A stretch of 64,000 nt of DNA from Rhodospirillales bacterium (lineage in GTDB: Bacteria; Pseudomonadota; Alphaproteobacteria; Bin95): NCBI GenBank assembly GCA_038143065.1, contig JAYQLI010000035.1, positions 2,176,894-2,240,893 of the forward strand, written 5' to 3'. The notes under the pieces are model-generated. The model was not told the DNA's origin. It saw only the letters and a list, made by a program, of their open reading frames with translations, and made no database searches. Of the stretch, positions 1 through 10,986 are shown piece after piece. Both the position numbers and the translations under genes were made by a program. Position 1 is the first letter of the stretch, and each line of letters starts with the position of its first letter.

Positions 1-145
1 TAAAACCATTGGTAGCTGTACATTTAATGCGCCCACTCTTATGTTGCGCGTCTTAATGACTCGGCTATGCGCCTAACAATCTGCTGATCTTGTGGGGAAA
101 CAGGTTTCCCAGATAATTGATCTCAGACACCCTGAAAGATAGTGT

Positions 146-2109
146 ATGACGGATTTCGAAGGCGTGGTTCCGGCGCTTCAAAAGGCATTGATAAAGCGCG
201 GATATAAGACCCTGACCTCGGTGCAAAATGCGGTCCTCGCGAAGGAAATGCGTGATGCCGATAGTTTGGTTTCGGCACAGACTGGATCTGGAAAGACGGT
301 GGCTTTTGGGCTGGCTATGGCCCCAACCCTACTGGCGGGTGCTGATATTTTCGGTCCTGCGCGCGCGCCACTAGCGTTGACAGTTGCCCCGACGCGCGAG
401 CTAGCCTTGCAAGTAATGCGGGAACTAGATTGGCTCTATGAGTTCACGGACGCCTGCGTGACCTCCTGCGTTGGTGGTATGGACATGCGAGCTGAGCGAA
501 GAGCTTTGGAACGTGGGGCGCATATCGTTGTAGGTACGCCGGGGCGGCTTCGTGACCATATCGAGCGCGGTTCGCTTGATTTGTCTCGGATCAAGGTGGT
601 TGTTCTGGACGAGGCAGACGAGATGCTTGATCTCGGCTTTCGAGAGGACCTGGAATTCATCCTGCAGGCCGCGCCGGAAAATCGAAGAACCCTTATGTTT
701 TCGGCTACTGTACCCAAGACCATTGCCGCTCTCGCTAAACGCTATCAGCAAGATGCAGTCCGTATCACTACTGCAGGTGAAGAACATCAACACGGCGACA
801 TTGCATATCGTGCGTTGACCTGTGCCCCAACTGATACGGAAAACGCCATCATCAATGTTTTGCGTTACATGGATCCGACCTCGGCTATCGTTTTCTGCGG
901 CACTCGGGCAACGGTTAATCACCTGACCAGCCGTTTCACCAACCGTGGAATTTCTGTGGTGGCCCTATCGGGAGAACCGAATCAGAGCGCGCGATCCCAT
1001 GCCCTTCAGGCGCTGCGGGATGGCCGTGCAAGGGTTTGTGTTGCGACGGACGTCGCAGCCAGGGGCATTGATTTACCAAACCTAGAATTAGTGATCCACG
1101 CCGATCTGCCGAGGAATTCGGAATCATTATTGCATCGTAGCGGACGCACTGGGCGAGCAGGCCGAAAGGGCGTTGCCACTTTGATCGTGCCTTACCCTCG
1201 CCGACGACATACAGAACGATTGTTAAGAAATGCAAATATCGAGGCGATTTGGGCTAAACCCCCTTCAGTTGAACAAATTCAGGAGCAGGATCGTCAGCGA
1301 GTACTGGAAGATGCGGACCTGAGTGGCGACTTTACTCAGGATGAGCGCATGTTTGCGAATGAGCTCTTGAATCGCTTCGATGCAGAAGCAGTTGCCATAG
1401 CTTTCCTGCGAAAGTTCATGGCGGGATTGTCGGCGCCAGAGGAGCTTCTGGACGCTTGGCCGGATGGCGGCCGCAGCGATCGCAAAGACCACACAGGACG
1501 CAGCCAAGGTGATGAGAGCAGCAAACGCGGAAGCGATTTTGAGGATGGGGTCTGGTTGCGACTGTCTGTCGGTCGAAACCACAGAGCCGAGCCACGCTGG
1601 TTGTTACCAATGCTATGCCGTCATGGCAACATAACCAAGACTCAGGTTGGCTCCATCAAGATATTCGACGCTGAAACTCATGTGGAACTTCGCCCCGAAG
1701 CGCTTGACAAGTTCTTGCAGGCAATAGGCCCCAGTCGCAAGCTCGAGAAGACTATCACGGTTGACCGAGTTGTTGGCGATTCTGTTTCTGCCGGCACAAC
1801 CGCGAAGCGCAGAGGTGTTTCAGGGGTGCAACACGCCGAGCACGGCGATCTCACGGAGACAGTCCAAGACAAGAATCTACGTCGAAAGCTTCTCACATCC
1901 AAACTAACGACTTTGATACCAAGCCTGGTGAGGCTGCACCGAACCAGCGTAAACCCAAGAAGCTTAAAAATTCTAAAAAACCCAAAGTACATAAAGGCAA
2001 GATAAAAACGAACTTCAAGGAGGCCAAATCTCGCAAAGCCAAGCCTGGGGAAGAAAAGCGAGGACGGGCCAAGCCTAAGAAGGGGCGCAGCAAGAGCCCG
2101 ACTGGATAG
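146..2109 (+). CDS. deaD: DEAD-box RNA helicase, DeaD/CsdA type; probable frameshift in the C-terminal tail
   Basis: Motifs AQTGSGKT, PTRELA, LDEADEM, SAT, HRSGRTGRAG and a DbpA-like C-terminal domain. ORF 146-2005; an alternative frame gives a Lys-rich tail ending at TAG 2107-2109. Confidence 0.9.
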
Positions 2110-2280
2110 TTTGATCCCGACCCATGGGTACCTTCTGGCGCTTGGTTCCAACACAACATCAGCTGAAAGCCTCTAAGTGAGGCTGCCTTGTATAGATGAT
2201 CGTTGATGCCTAGATCGGACGGGAATTGCTAGCAGTATTGTCCAGATACGTTGATATGAGGGCTGGAGTCTTGAGTAAAA

Positions 2281-2952
2281 CTAGGGATTCCATAATTCTA
2301 AGTCTGCAACGGATGCCCGAATTTTAGTTTTTGTATCGTCGCTATCTGCAGAAATTGCTAAACCAACAAGCGTTGTGATTGGTGAACCAAAAGCAGTTAA
2401 AAAGTCTTGGTCTAAATTTACAGACTCTTGAAACCTTCCCAAGCCAGAGGGGCGTAGGATAATCGTTTTACCCTGATTACCCAGGTACGGCGTTAACAAA
2501 AAATCACCTCGTTTATGAGCTCCTCCAAAAACGTACATTAATACCCTGATGGATTTATTGTCGAGCATTGAAAGCATTGACTTATGTTGCAGGGTTGGTG
2601 CGTCTTTTTCCTCCGCGAATACAAAGTACATTGCAAGATTGCGATCATCGCTTCCTTTAATAGTTAGATCCGTTGGGGGAACAGTTTTAGTTACCTCCCA
2701 TGTCCATGAAGCTTTTTTGGTCGATCCATTTTTGCCCTCTCTCGCAGACCAAATCATCGACACGGTTTTGTCAGATTCAACCAACACCTGGTTCATATTG
2801 GTTATGTATTTATTTGATGAGAACACTGAAAATTTTTGATGGGCCCAGCCATCAAAATTGATCGACTCTGCTAATGCTGGATTGATGATAAATACCAACA
2901 TGGCTAGCAGGCACCGAAGTATCTTCCCCGCTGAAAACAATGAATTATTCAT
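2281..2952 (-). CDS. DUF3047-like exported protein
   Basis: Signal peptide, plus W-x-W, KGSDDR and ISADSDDT motifs as I recall them for DUF3047. Confidence 0.7.
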   Translation of the reverse strand: MNNSLFSAGKILRCLLAMLVFIINPALAESINFDGWAHQKFSVFSSNKYITNMNQVLVESDKTVSMIWSAREGKNGSTKKASWTWEVTKTVPPTDLTIKGSDDRNLAMYFVFAEEKDAPTLQHKSMLSMLDNKSIRVLMYVFGGAHKRGDFLLTPYLGNQGKTIILRPSGLGRFQESVNLDQDFLTAFGSPITTLVGLAISADSDDTKTKIRASVADLELWNP

Positions 2953-3004
2953 TCGCTCTTTATGTTCAACTGCAACTAAAGATTAGTTTTAAGCAAAACA
3001 AAAA

Positions 3005-3772
3005 TCATTCCATCACAAGACCACCATCTACATAAATCGTTTGTCCAGTGATGAAAGCCGACCAGGGTGAAGCTAGAAAAAGTACTGGCCCCGCTATGTC
3101 TTCGGGCTTCGCTATACGTCGCAACGGGGTGGCAGAGATAATATCTTCTTTGATATTTTCTCGCACCCTTTCGCTCGCTTTAGTTGGGTAAACTAACCCA
3201 GGGGCAACAGTGTTGACGCGTATTCCAAGGGGGCCAAGTTCAGCTGCTAGTGTGCGCGTAAACCCTACTAGGGCTGCCTTTGCAGTTGCATAGTCGTGGT
3301 ATGGGACGACGGGTCTCGCAATCAGATCAGTGGCAATGTTAATGATGGATCCGTCGGCGCGGGTTAACATGTTTGGAACCGCTGCTTGCACCATATTATG
3401 AGCGGCCTGCACCGCACCCTCAAATTGGCTCTGGTAATCTTGCCAATCTAGGTCCCAATGAAGTTTCCTGCGCTCTGGGTCAAACTCATATGGTCGAAAA
3501 GCATTGTTAACTAGAACGTCGATCTTCCCAAAGGCTTCAATGGTCTCGGAGACTAAGTTTGTTGCACCGTGTTTATTTGTAACATCAGAGCAGATTGCTA
3601 ATGCTACTCCGCCGTTTGTCTCGCAGGCTGCAACAGTTGCTGCCGCGGTTTCGGCATTGGTTAAATAATTTACACCAACGTTGGCCCCTTCGCGCGCAAA
3701 AGCTTGAGCAATTGCCGCTCCTATCCCGCGACCAGCACCAGTGACGAGGACACTTTTTCCGCTAAAATTCAT
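3005..3772 (-). CDS. Short-chain dehydrogenase/reductase, OarX-like (FabG-like, thiamin-regulon associated)
   Basis: TGAGRGIG, NNA and YATAK catalytic motif. Segment NIATDLIARPVVPYHDYATAKAAL resembles the PRK08642/OarX subfamily (recalled, not searched). Confidence 0.85.
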   Translation of the reverse strand: MNFSGKSVLVTGAGRGIGAAIAQAFAREGANVGVNYLTNAETAAATVAACETNGGVALAICSDVTNKHGATNLVSETIEAFGKIDVLVNNAFRPYEFDPERRKLHWDLDWQDYQSQFEGAVQAAHNMVQAAVPNMLTRADGSIINIATDLIARPVVPYHDYATAKAALVGFTRTLAAELGPLGIRVNTVAPGLVYPTKASERVRENIKEDIISATPLRRIAKPEDIAGPVLFLASPWSAFITGQTIYVDGGLVME

Positions 3773-3777
3773 AGTTA

Positions 3778-4751
3778 TTATTTCGATATGAGATCGCTAA
3801 AGATAACCTTTTTCATCTCTAATTTAGATTTAATTAGTCCTAGTTCTAAGAAAGTGTCAGCGCCTTTTTGCAAGAGCTCGACGTCAAAATGCCCAAGCCC
3901 TTTAGCTTTAGTCGTTTGTGATTGCGCAGAGAGATTTCGGAGTTTGATGATTGCAAGGTTTACCTTTTCGTTTCGCCCGTTAATTGAGCGCGTTATAGCG
4001 ATTTTTGCCGCTTCTTCCGGCTCAGAAATCATCCACGCAGCACTTTTTTGATATGCTTTTAAAAATCGGCGGAGTAGGGGTTTTTGATCCCTGTAATGAT
4101 TCCGACGAACGACAAACATATCGCTTGGTACATTAAGGCTATCTCTGACCTCTATTACATCGACCTCACCAATGCCCTTTAGTTTAGCAACGTAAAGGCC
4201 TGTGTCGGTTGCTGCAGTGGCATCTACTTGGCCTTGCATTACTGGTGCAAAGTTAAGAAGACCAGTTACCTTAATTTTAACATCAGTCTCCTTAAGCCCC
4301 ACCTGATGCAGTAGGACCTGAAGATTTTGCCGAGTTCCGCTGGAAAGGCTGTATACCCCGATAGTCTTCCCTTTTAAGTCTGCAGGTGTCTTGATACCCC
4401 GACCAACCGGTGAAACCACGTTAAAAACATTTTGGGGGTAGATATTGTAAATGGCTACTAAGTCCTCGCCTTTATCGAGAGCTTGATAGAAAGAGGCTGG
4501 ATCTGTGAACGCTACATCCGCTGCTCCTGAGAGCATATTAGCAATTGCGGACCCCCACCTGCGCCTGGGACGTAGCCAAGGTCTATTCCTTCTGCTTTAA
4601 AAAACCCTTTGTCAGGTTCGGCAAGTATATTGGTGATTTCGCTAATTGGTTTACTCCAACCAGCAATACGTACCTTTTCAAGAGTTGCAGACATGGCTGC
4701 AGAGCTGGTGAAAGAGAACGCTAATATCGCTGCCAATAGAGAATGTTTCAT
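3778..4751 (-). CDS. ABC transporter substrate-binding protein, NMT1/THI5 (ThiY/SsuA-like) family; split by a frameshift near 4553
   Basis: Signal peptide MKHSLLAAILAF, GFFKAEGID and DLKGKTIG motifs. ORFs 4512-4751 and 3778-4536 join across a G-run. Confidence 0.88.
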
Positions 4752-5506
4752 TAGAAGGCGCCTTTCTGACGGCTTTGTAAAATCCGCCTCTCAATTACAA
4801 CTATAATTTGATAAAAAAAGAGGCCCATAAGGGTGATCAGGATAAAAAGAGCGAAAATTAAGGTTGTATCCATCATCCCTTGAGCAGCAATGATGCTAGC
4901 TCCTAGCCCCTTGCTGCCTGCAATAAATTCGCCAACCACTGCGCCTACCAAAGCGAGAACTATCGCAACCCGAATTCCAGCTAGAATTACGGGCATGCTG
5001 GTTGGAAGCTTCAGTCGCAATAAGGTCTGAAGTCTGGTCGCACCCAGCATGCGAAAGAGATCTCTTTTCTCCTGCGGAACATTTGATAAACCCGTTATTG
5101 TGTTTTCAAGCAGTGGAAAGAAACAGATTAGAGCTGTGATAATTACCGTAGAGGTCATCCCAAAGCCGAACCAGATTATAAAAATTGGTCCAAGAGCTAG
5201 TTTTGGCACTACCTGGCTGGCAAGCACGTAAGGCCAAAGGAGACGGCGAAGGCGCGGCATTTCAGCAAGTATCGCGCCAATAAGGAAACCGATAACGCAC
5301 CCAAGGACAAATCCCAGCAAAGTCTCAGCACCAGTTACCCAGAGATGTTGCCAAAGAGCACCAGATACAAGGCCATCCCAAAGTGTTTCTGCAACCGCTG
5401 AAGGCGCGGGAAGCACCAGAGGCGAAACTCCGGAGAGCGACACACCCAGCTCCCAGGCGATCAGTACTGCTACGAGCAGAGCAGAGCTGGATATATGCCT
5501 CAACAC
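4751..5506 (-). CDS. ABC transporter permease (SsuC/ThiX-like)
   Basis: LPAPSAV, several TM helices, EAA-like loop FRMLGATRLQ and VVGEFIAGSKGLG. Stop overlaps the next ATG (TAATG). Confidence 0.92.
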   Translation of the reverse strand: MLRHISSSALLVAVLIAWELGVSLSGVSPLVLPAPSAVAETLWDGLVSGALWQHLWVTGAETLLGFVLGCVIGFLIGAILAEMPRLRRLLWPYVLASQVVPKLALGPIFIIWFGFGMTSTVIITALICFFPLLENTITGLSNVPQEKRDLFRMLGATRLQTLLRLKLPTSMPVILAGIRVAIVLALVGAVVGEFIAGSKGLGASIIAAQGMMDTTLIFALFILITLMGLFFYQIIVVIERRILQSRQKGAF

Positions 5507-6266
5507 TGTCCCGCCCCTAATAGCATTGCCGACCTTACTTTCCGGCAGAGTTTGGAAAAGTGGGCTTCATATCGTAAGTCTGAGCCTCGTGGTCTAGGAA
5601 GGTCTATTTCGACTTCGTGTGTAATAAGCCCTCCTTCCATAACTAAGATTTTGTCTCCCAGGTATGCTGCTTCTCCAATATCGTGGGTGCCAAAAATTAC
5701 TGTCGTGGCGCTGGCTTCAACCAGATTGATTAATACGTCTTGGAGATCCTCACGGGTTAATGCATCAAGAGCAGCGAATGGTTCGTCCATCATTAGGACG
5801 GGGGGGGAGGTAACAAGAGATCGGGCAAGCGCTGCCCGGCTTTGTTGCCCGCCCGAAAGTTGTTCTGGATAACGTTGAGCAAGATGCTTGATGCCAGCGA
5901 GTTCCAGCAGTTCGAGCGCAAATTTTTCATCTGATTTATTTACAGAGCCTTTAAGACTTATCGGTAGTAAGACGTTATCAATTACTGTTAACCATTCTAG
6001 AAGGGATGGCGTTTGAAATACAAAACCAACATCTGAAGATGGTCCATCGACAGGGCTATCGCCAATTTTAATTGAGCCGGACGATGGTGCCAGCAGGCCG
6101 GCAGCCACTTTTAAACATGTAGTTTTCCCGCATCCACTTCTGCCAACCAAGCAATAAAACCCGCCTTTGGGAATGTTAAAGTCAATTCCCAAAAGACCTT
6201 TTTTGTTCCATTAGAAAAGGTATAGCTAACTTTTGATAGGGTAATTGAAGTTGAGTTAGTCTGCAT
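5500..6266 (-). CDS. ABC transporter ATP-binding protein (SsuB/ThiZ-like); frameshift in an A-run near 6200
   Basis: Walker A GRSGCGKTT, signature LSGGQ, Walker B MMDEPF. Upstream ATG at 6266 overlaps the end of the luxC-like gene. Confidence 0.9.
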
Positions 6267-7706
6267 AACTGGCCAAATCTTCAGCAGCAGTTTCAGCGCG
6301 AGCCTCTATTTCGGTTATTCTTACTAGGTCAAGCAAATTGAAACGCCCATCGTGGTGCCAGCCGGCTTCTGGTGAGGTCATATCGCCAAGAGCAGTAACC
6401 CGCGTCACCCCGACTTCACCTAACATGGAGGCGAGGTGGAAAAGACGTTCTGGTGTCGCAGAGATTGCCGCCGTTTGGATCAATGTTTTGTAGGGCTTGG
6501 ATAATATTGGCGTTTCTTCAAGGTCGTCGACGGCAACAATTCTGATAGTACGATTAAGACCACTCGGCCTCAGTGCACGGTCTTGCAGTTGAATTGAGAC
6601 AGTCCAATTACCGTTGCATGGTTCTACGACTTTACCACCCAGACGTGTCTCTTCTGCCATACGCCATTCTACTAAGCTGGATGCCTCGGCAAGAGAGAGG
6701 GGGCGCCGTGGGAATTTTCCTCATAACTTGCAAGTGATTGGGCTATGTAAGTTCCAAACGTTTCTGGTGAAATTGCACCACCTTTTTCGACGAAGAAAAC
6801 ATGCGGCGAGTAACATCCCTGCTGGTCATATCGTACAACGTCGTATGCAGCCTTTCTTGCAGTTGAAGAGCCGCGGGAGGGATCAAGGGCTTCTCTCCCA
6901 ATTAGGCCAAAGCTGATTTTATGGCCGTGAGCTAGAAAGCGCGTCGATGCTGGGGCTTGCGCTGCTAATGCTGCGATCGCCGTGTCTCCCCCGTATGCAA
7001 GTGCAACATCTGCTTCCCTAAATAGTCCGGCCTCAAGTTCTGTATTGCCGCCCTGCCACCAGACCAGTGCTATCGTCTTCGCGAGTTCAGGATCGGTTTC
7101 CGCTAAAACGTCATGAAACCACCCTGCAATAAAGGGCTCTGCTGTCGCAACCTTTCCAACGCTTGCGGCCTTCACTAACAGTCCAGCAATCAGTGTCCAA
7201 AGAGGCAGACCAGGAACATTTCCTGCCCAAACATGTGCTAAGAGATCAGGTCCAAAGGCACGACCAAAGCCTCCTTTAACAAGTGGCTGGAATTTGTCGA
7301 GAATACCTGGGTTTGGAAAGTCTTCGGTGATGAAACGCTGAAGTTGCGGTTTTCTGAACGTTTTGAGATAGCCAGTAAGGCCAATCCGCACCATTTCTTC
7401 GTCATAGCCAGTCACTATTGGCAGCAAATGCTCCATTTTTTTTCGAACTGGGTGGCTTCTGTCGAGAAGACGGGCCACTGTCTGGTCAATAGCAGTAAGA
7501 ACCCTATCGACAGGCCAAGTTTTGACACTGTTTCTCGCGTTGAGCCGAACTTTGGAGGCGATGGTTCTCAGATCTGCGGACTGCAAATTTGGCGTTAATG
7601 CAATTAAGCTCTTTTTACCATCTCCGCCATATTGCCTGGGCTCCCAATGAATCCTCTCTGGGTCAAGCCCATGAAGGCGGCCTACGTATTCAACGTCTGT
7701 TGTCAA
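6256..7706 (-). CDS. LuxC-like acyl-CoA/acyl-protein reductase; frameshift near 6714
   Basis: HVWAGNVPGLP, AYGGD and DQQGCYSP (catalytic Cys). Adding one A joins ORFs 6672-7706 and 6256-6660 (...YEEKFPRRPLSLAEASSLVEWRMAEE...). Confidence 0.88.
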
Positions 7707-8784
7707 TTTGCCGCCGCCGATATCAAAAATTCATCGACCGCCATTGAACACCCCTGAGCCTCGGCACCACTAACGCGCCCATGGAGCATGAAACCTTCAT
7801 CCACCTCAACCCCTGCATCTTCTGTCAATATAGTGGTTACTATATTGAAGTGGGCGAGGTCTGTGTGCGCAAGAACACCAGTCGTGCCCTTGGGGAGGGA
7901 TGAGCCTGTGAGAGGGTCAACGACACGTGTTTTTATCCAATGGGGGCCGGATTTAACAGACGGACAAACGGCATTACCATTGTCATAGAATTGGGTGCTG
8001 AGCTCCGTCATTCCATACATATTGATGCAGTTTGCGCGAGAGACCCCAAAAGCATTTTGAAGGGCATCATAAAATGTATCCAACTCTAACTCTCGGGATT
8101 GGCCTTTAAAACCTCCAGTATCGAGAAGGCGGCTGCCAGGCGGTAGTTGGAAGCGTCTTCCTGACGTTCCATTTCATCTAAAACATGGACGAAGCTGAAA
8201 CTGGCGCCCAGCAAACCGTATGATACACCATTTTCCTCTGCATCTTCCAAGCTGCGGAATAAGCGTTCGTACTCGATGCCATTACTCCCAACAAAGTGGG
8301 AGCTTCTCTCGGAGCCAAAGCATTGCTTGGCGAGTTCAAGATAATGGGCGAGTGAGGAATTCGGCATAGCCACAGGTGGCGGAAAAAGGATGCCAATTTT
8401 TAGTTTTTCTCTATTGCCCATGAAACGTTCGAGGAAATTATGGCGCATTGATGCATTATATACGGCCAAGGTTGGATGGTAGCTTTTCCCTCTTTTCCCA
8501 CCCTGTGTTGTGCCACTTGTCATAAAGGTGGCTTCTGCATTTGTTGGAGAGGAGCATGTAAGGTCAAGCGTCTTGAAGGCGCTAATGGGGACAGCGGGAA
8601 TATCTGCCCAGTGTCGCACCGTTTTGGGTGTTTTTCCTCTTGCTAAGCAAAATTTTTTGAACGGCAGATTATGTTCAAATTGATATGCAAAAATTGAAAG
8701 CGCCATCTGATCGAAATCGGCTTCGACAGCATTTTTATTTTCGATGAAGGTTAGGAGTTTGCTAACAACTTCAGCCTCATCCAT
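7703..8784 (-). CDS. LuxE-like acyl-protein synthetase (ANL superfamily); frameshift near 8160
   Basis: P-loop FMTSGTT, DTGGFKG (restored frame), NMYGMTEL, ILTEDAG and C-terminal GRVSGAEAQGCS with the acyl-accepting Cys. Confidence 0.88.
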
Positions 8785-8842
8785 CGCGCTATCTCCACTT
8801 AGAGGATGACACTAGGAGAGGGATAGGCCGCATCTTTAGAGT

Positions 8843-8968
8843 CCCATTCCCTCCGCCGGTATAATCCGGTTCAGGTTCAAAGGGTCATCGTGCTGACACT
8901 CAATTTTAGTCAAAGACCAATGGTGTCTATCGATATCTCAGCCCTTAAAGCAGGGCCCCCCTACGGTA
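8843..8968 (-). promoter_or_regulatory. TPP riboswitch (THI element)
   Basis: Minus strand reads CCGTAGGGGGGCCCTGCTTTAAGGGCTGAGA...ACCCTTTGAACCTGAACCGGATTATACCGGCGGAGGGAATGG, matching the TPP aptamer consensus. It lies about 60 nt upstream of the luxE-like ATG. Confidence 0.95.
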
Positions 8969-9111
8969 AGCTTCAGACGCTAAGTGGAAAACTGCTCTCG
9001 CGTCAAGATTTATATGATATTTTTGCCGGCCTTATTTTCGAGTTTATCGCAAAAGCAAAAAACACATTTTATGGTCGAAGAGTCTAATTGTGCTCTCCTA
9101 TCTCTGGCTTA

Positions 9112-9963
9112 TTAAGCAATTAAAACTCCTTTGGCGTCGTCTGACGCGATTGTACAACGCCAGTGAACACGACGCTCTTCGATGGGATAATCTGCTGTTG
9201 CAGAATGGAGTGTGCAACGATTGTCCCAGGTAACCAGATCACCAACTTCCCACTTGTGTCGATATTCTGCCCCCGGTGCGATTTGGTATTGTTCGAGTTC
9301 TTGAAAAAGATCCTTCGCCTCTTGATCAGATAATCCAACGATCCGCAGTAAATGTGTAGGATTGAAGTAAAGAGTTTTTCGTCCAGTCTCACTATGGGTG
9401 CGAGTTAAAGGATGTCGCACTGGCGGAAGGTTTCTGTCCTCTGGCTCAAGCAGTTCCGAACTTTTTCGAGATACACCTCCATAAACATAATCTGCTTTCA
9501 AGTTTTGAATTCTCGTCTTAAGGGTATTTGGCAAGGTGTTATAAGCCATAGCCATGTTGGCAAAGAGCGTGTCTCCACCTCTTGATGGGATCTCCAAGCC
9601 AAAAAGTTGTGTGGCTTTGCACCCCTTTGGATCCCAAGGACCATCCGTGTGCCATCCGTGTCCGCGCGCATATACCGGTCTATTTACAGTCCCATCAGCA
9701 TTGCGAGCATTTGTGCCCATGACCGTCAATTCGGGATGATTTGGATGACGAGATTTTTTTACTAAGTGTGGAAAAATTTTGCAAAGCGTCGGCCGTAGCT
9801 GAGAAAGTCTTCAATTGTAAGTTCTTGACCACGAATGCAGATCACACCAGCTTCCAGCCAGGCTTCATAGATCAGCTGAAATTCACTGTCGCTTATGCTT
9901 CGAATATCTATATCGGTGACGATTGCTCCACAGCCAGGACTGGCCTTTTCAATATGCACCACC
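9112..9963 (-). CDS. TauD/TfdA family Fe(II)/2-oxoglutarate dioxygenase; frameshift near 9780
   Basis: WHTD, GGDTLFANM and WDNRCTLH. The N-terminal part (GAIVTDIDI...GVICIRGQEL) is in ORF 9762-9998. Confidence 0.88.
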
Positions 9964-9969
9964 CATCTC

Positions 9970-10963
9970 CTAATGCAGCTCGCTTTTGATTTCACCAATC
10001 AGTTCAATTGCTTTGATTACATCCTTTTGGGCCAATCCAGGCCACTGAAGCCTAACTATTAGGTGATTGACCCCAAGTTTTTGGTTAAGCCATTGGATCC
10101 TATCTTTCACCATAGCCTTATCGCCAATAATGAAACGAGCTGCTTGGAAAGCATCAAAAGCCTCTTCGAAAGGTTGCCCTGCAACATTGGCGCTACCCCA
10201 CGATGCGTAAGCTGAATACTTGTAAAGCAAGGGTTTCTTGGCAATAGCAAAAGCCTGTTTAGCCGTAGTAGCGACAAAGCATTCCCGTATCATTGGTTTT
10301 TCAGTGGGAGGGCCAAGATTTTTGCTTCGCGTTCTTCATCATAAATCGCGTAATTGCGTTCCAACTGATCCCAATCAGCAGATGGGCTAACTAGCCAGGC
10401 ATCAGCTATTCGAGCAGCACGACGTATTGCGGGTTCTACGCTTGCTCCGATCCAAAGAGGCAGGAGGATCCATTTTTGGGTCTAACAGAGGCGCCAACGT
10501 CTGTTAGCTGAAAGAACTGGCCCTTATGAGAAATGCGGTCCTCTGACCAGAGGCGTCGAATGACGTTGATTGCTTCTGTCGTCCGAGCGGCACGCTTATT
10601 AAAATTGACTCCAAAGGCCTCGAATTCTGCCTTTCGATATCCTAGGCCGACGGCAAGAATATAACCACCTCTGCAGATCCAATCGAGTGTTGCTGACTCT
10701 TCGGCCACTTGAACAGGGTTAGTCATACCTAGGAGCCATATACCTGGGCCCATTCGCATATTCCCCGCTTCTGCAGCAAGTCGTGCTAACAGAATATTAG
10801 CCTGAAACATCTGAAGAGGCTGCGTCAGGTAGTGGTGTGGTGCTATGATAGAGGAAAAACCACATTCGCGAGCAGTGCGCACCTGAGCCAACAAATTTTC
10901 AGTTGCATCATCTAAAGGCGCGTCATCTGAAAATTGTGGATTTATGTAGAGGCCAAAGTCCAT
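9970..10963 (-). CDS. LLM-class (luciferase-like) flavin-dependent oxidoreductase; frameshifted
   Basis: MDFGLYI, PHHY, NPVQVAEESATLD and LAVGLGYRKAEFEAFG. The C-terminal part is in ORF 9970-10293. Confidence 0.85.
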
Positions 10964-10986
10964 TTGACATCTCTTTCTTGCAGAAA

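Noticed and set aside
3005-3772. fabG of fatty-acid synthesis
   Set aside because: No acpP, fabD or fabF nearby, a different active-site segment, and TPP-riboswitch context.
6256-10963. Bioluminescence (lux) cluster: luxC-like, luxE-like and a luciferase-like gene close together
   Set aside because: There is no luxD and no luxA/luxB pair. The LLM gene is a generic single-subunit type separated by tauD and the TPP riboswitch, and the order does not match luxCDABE.
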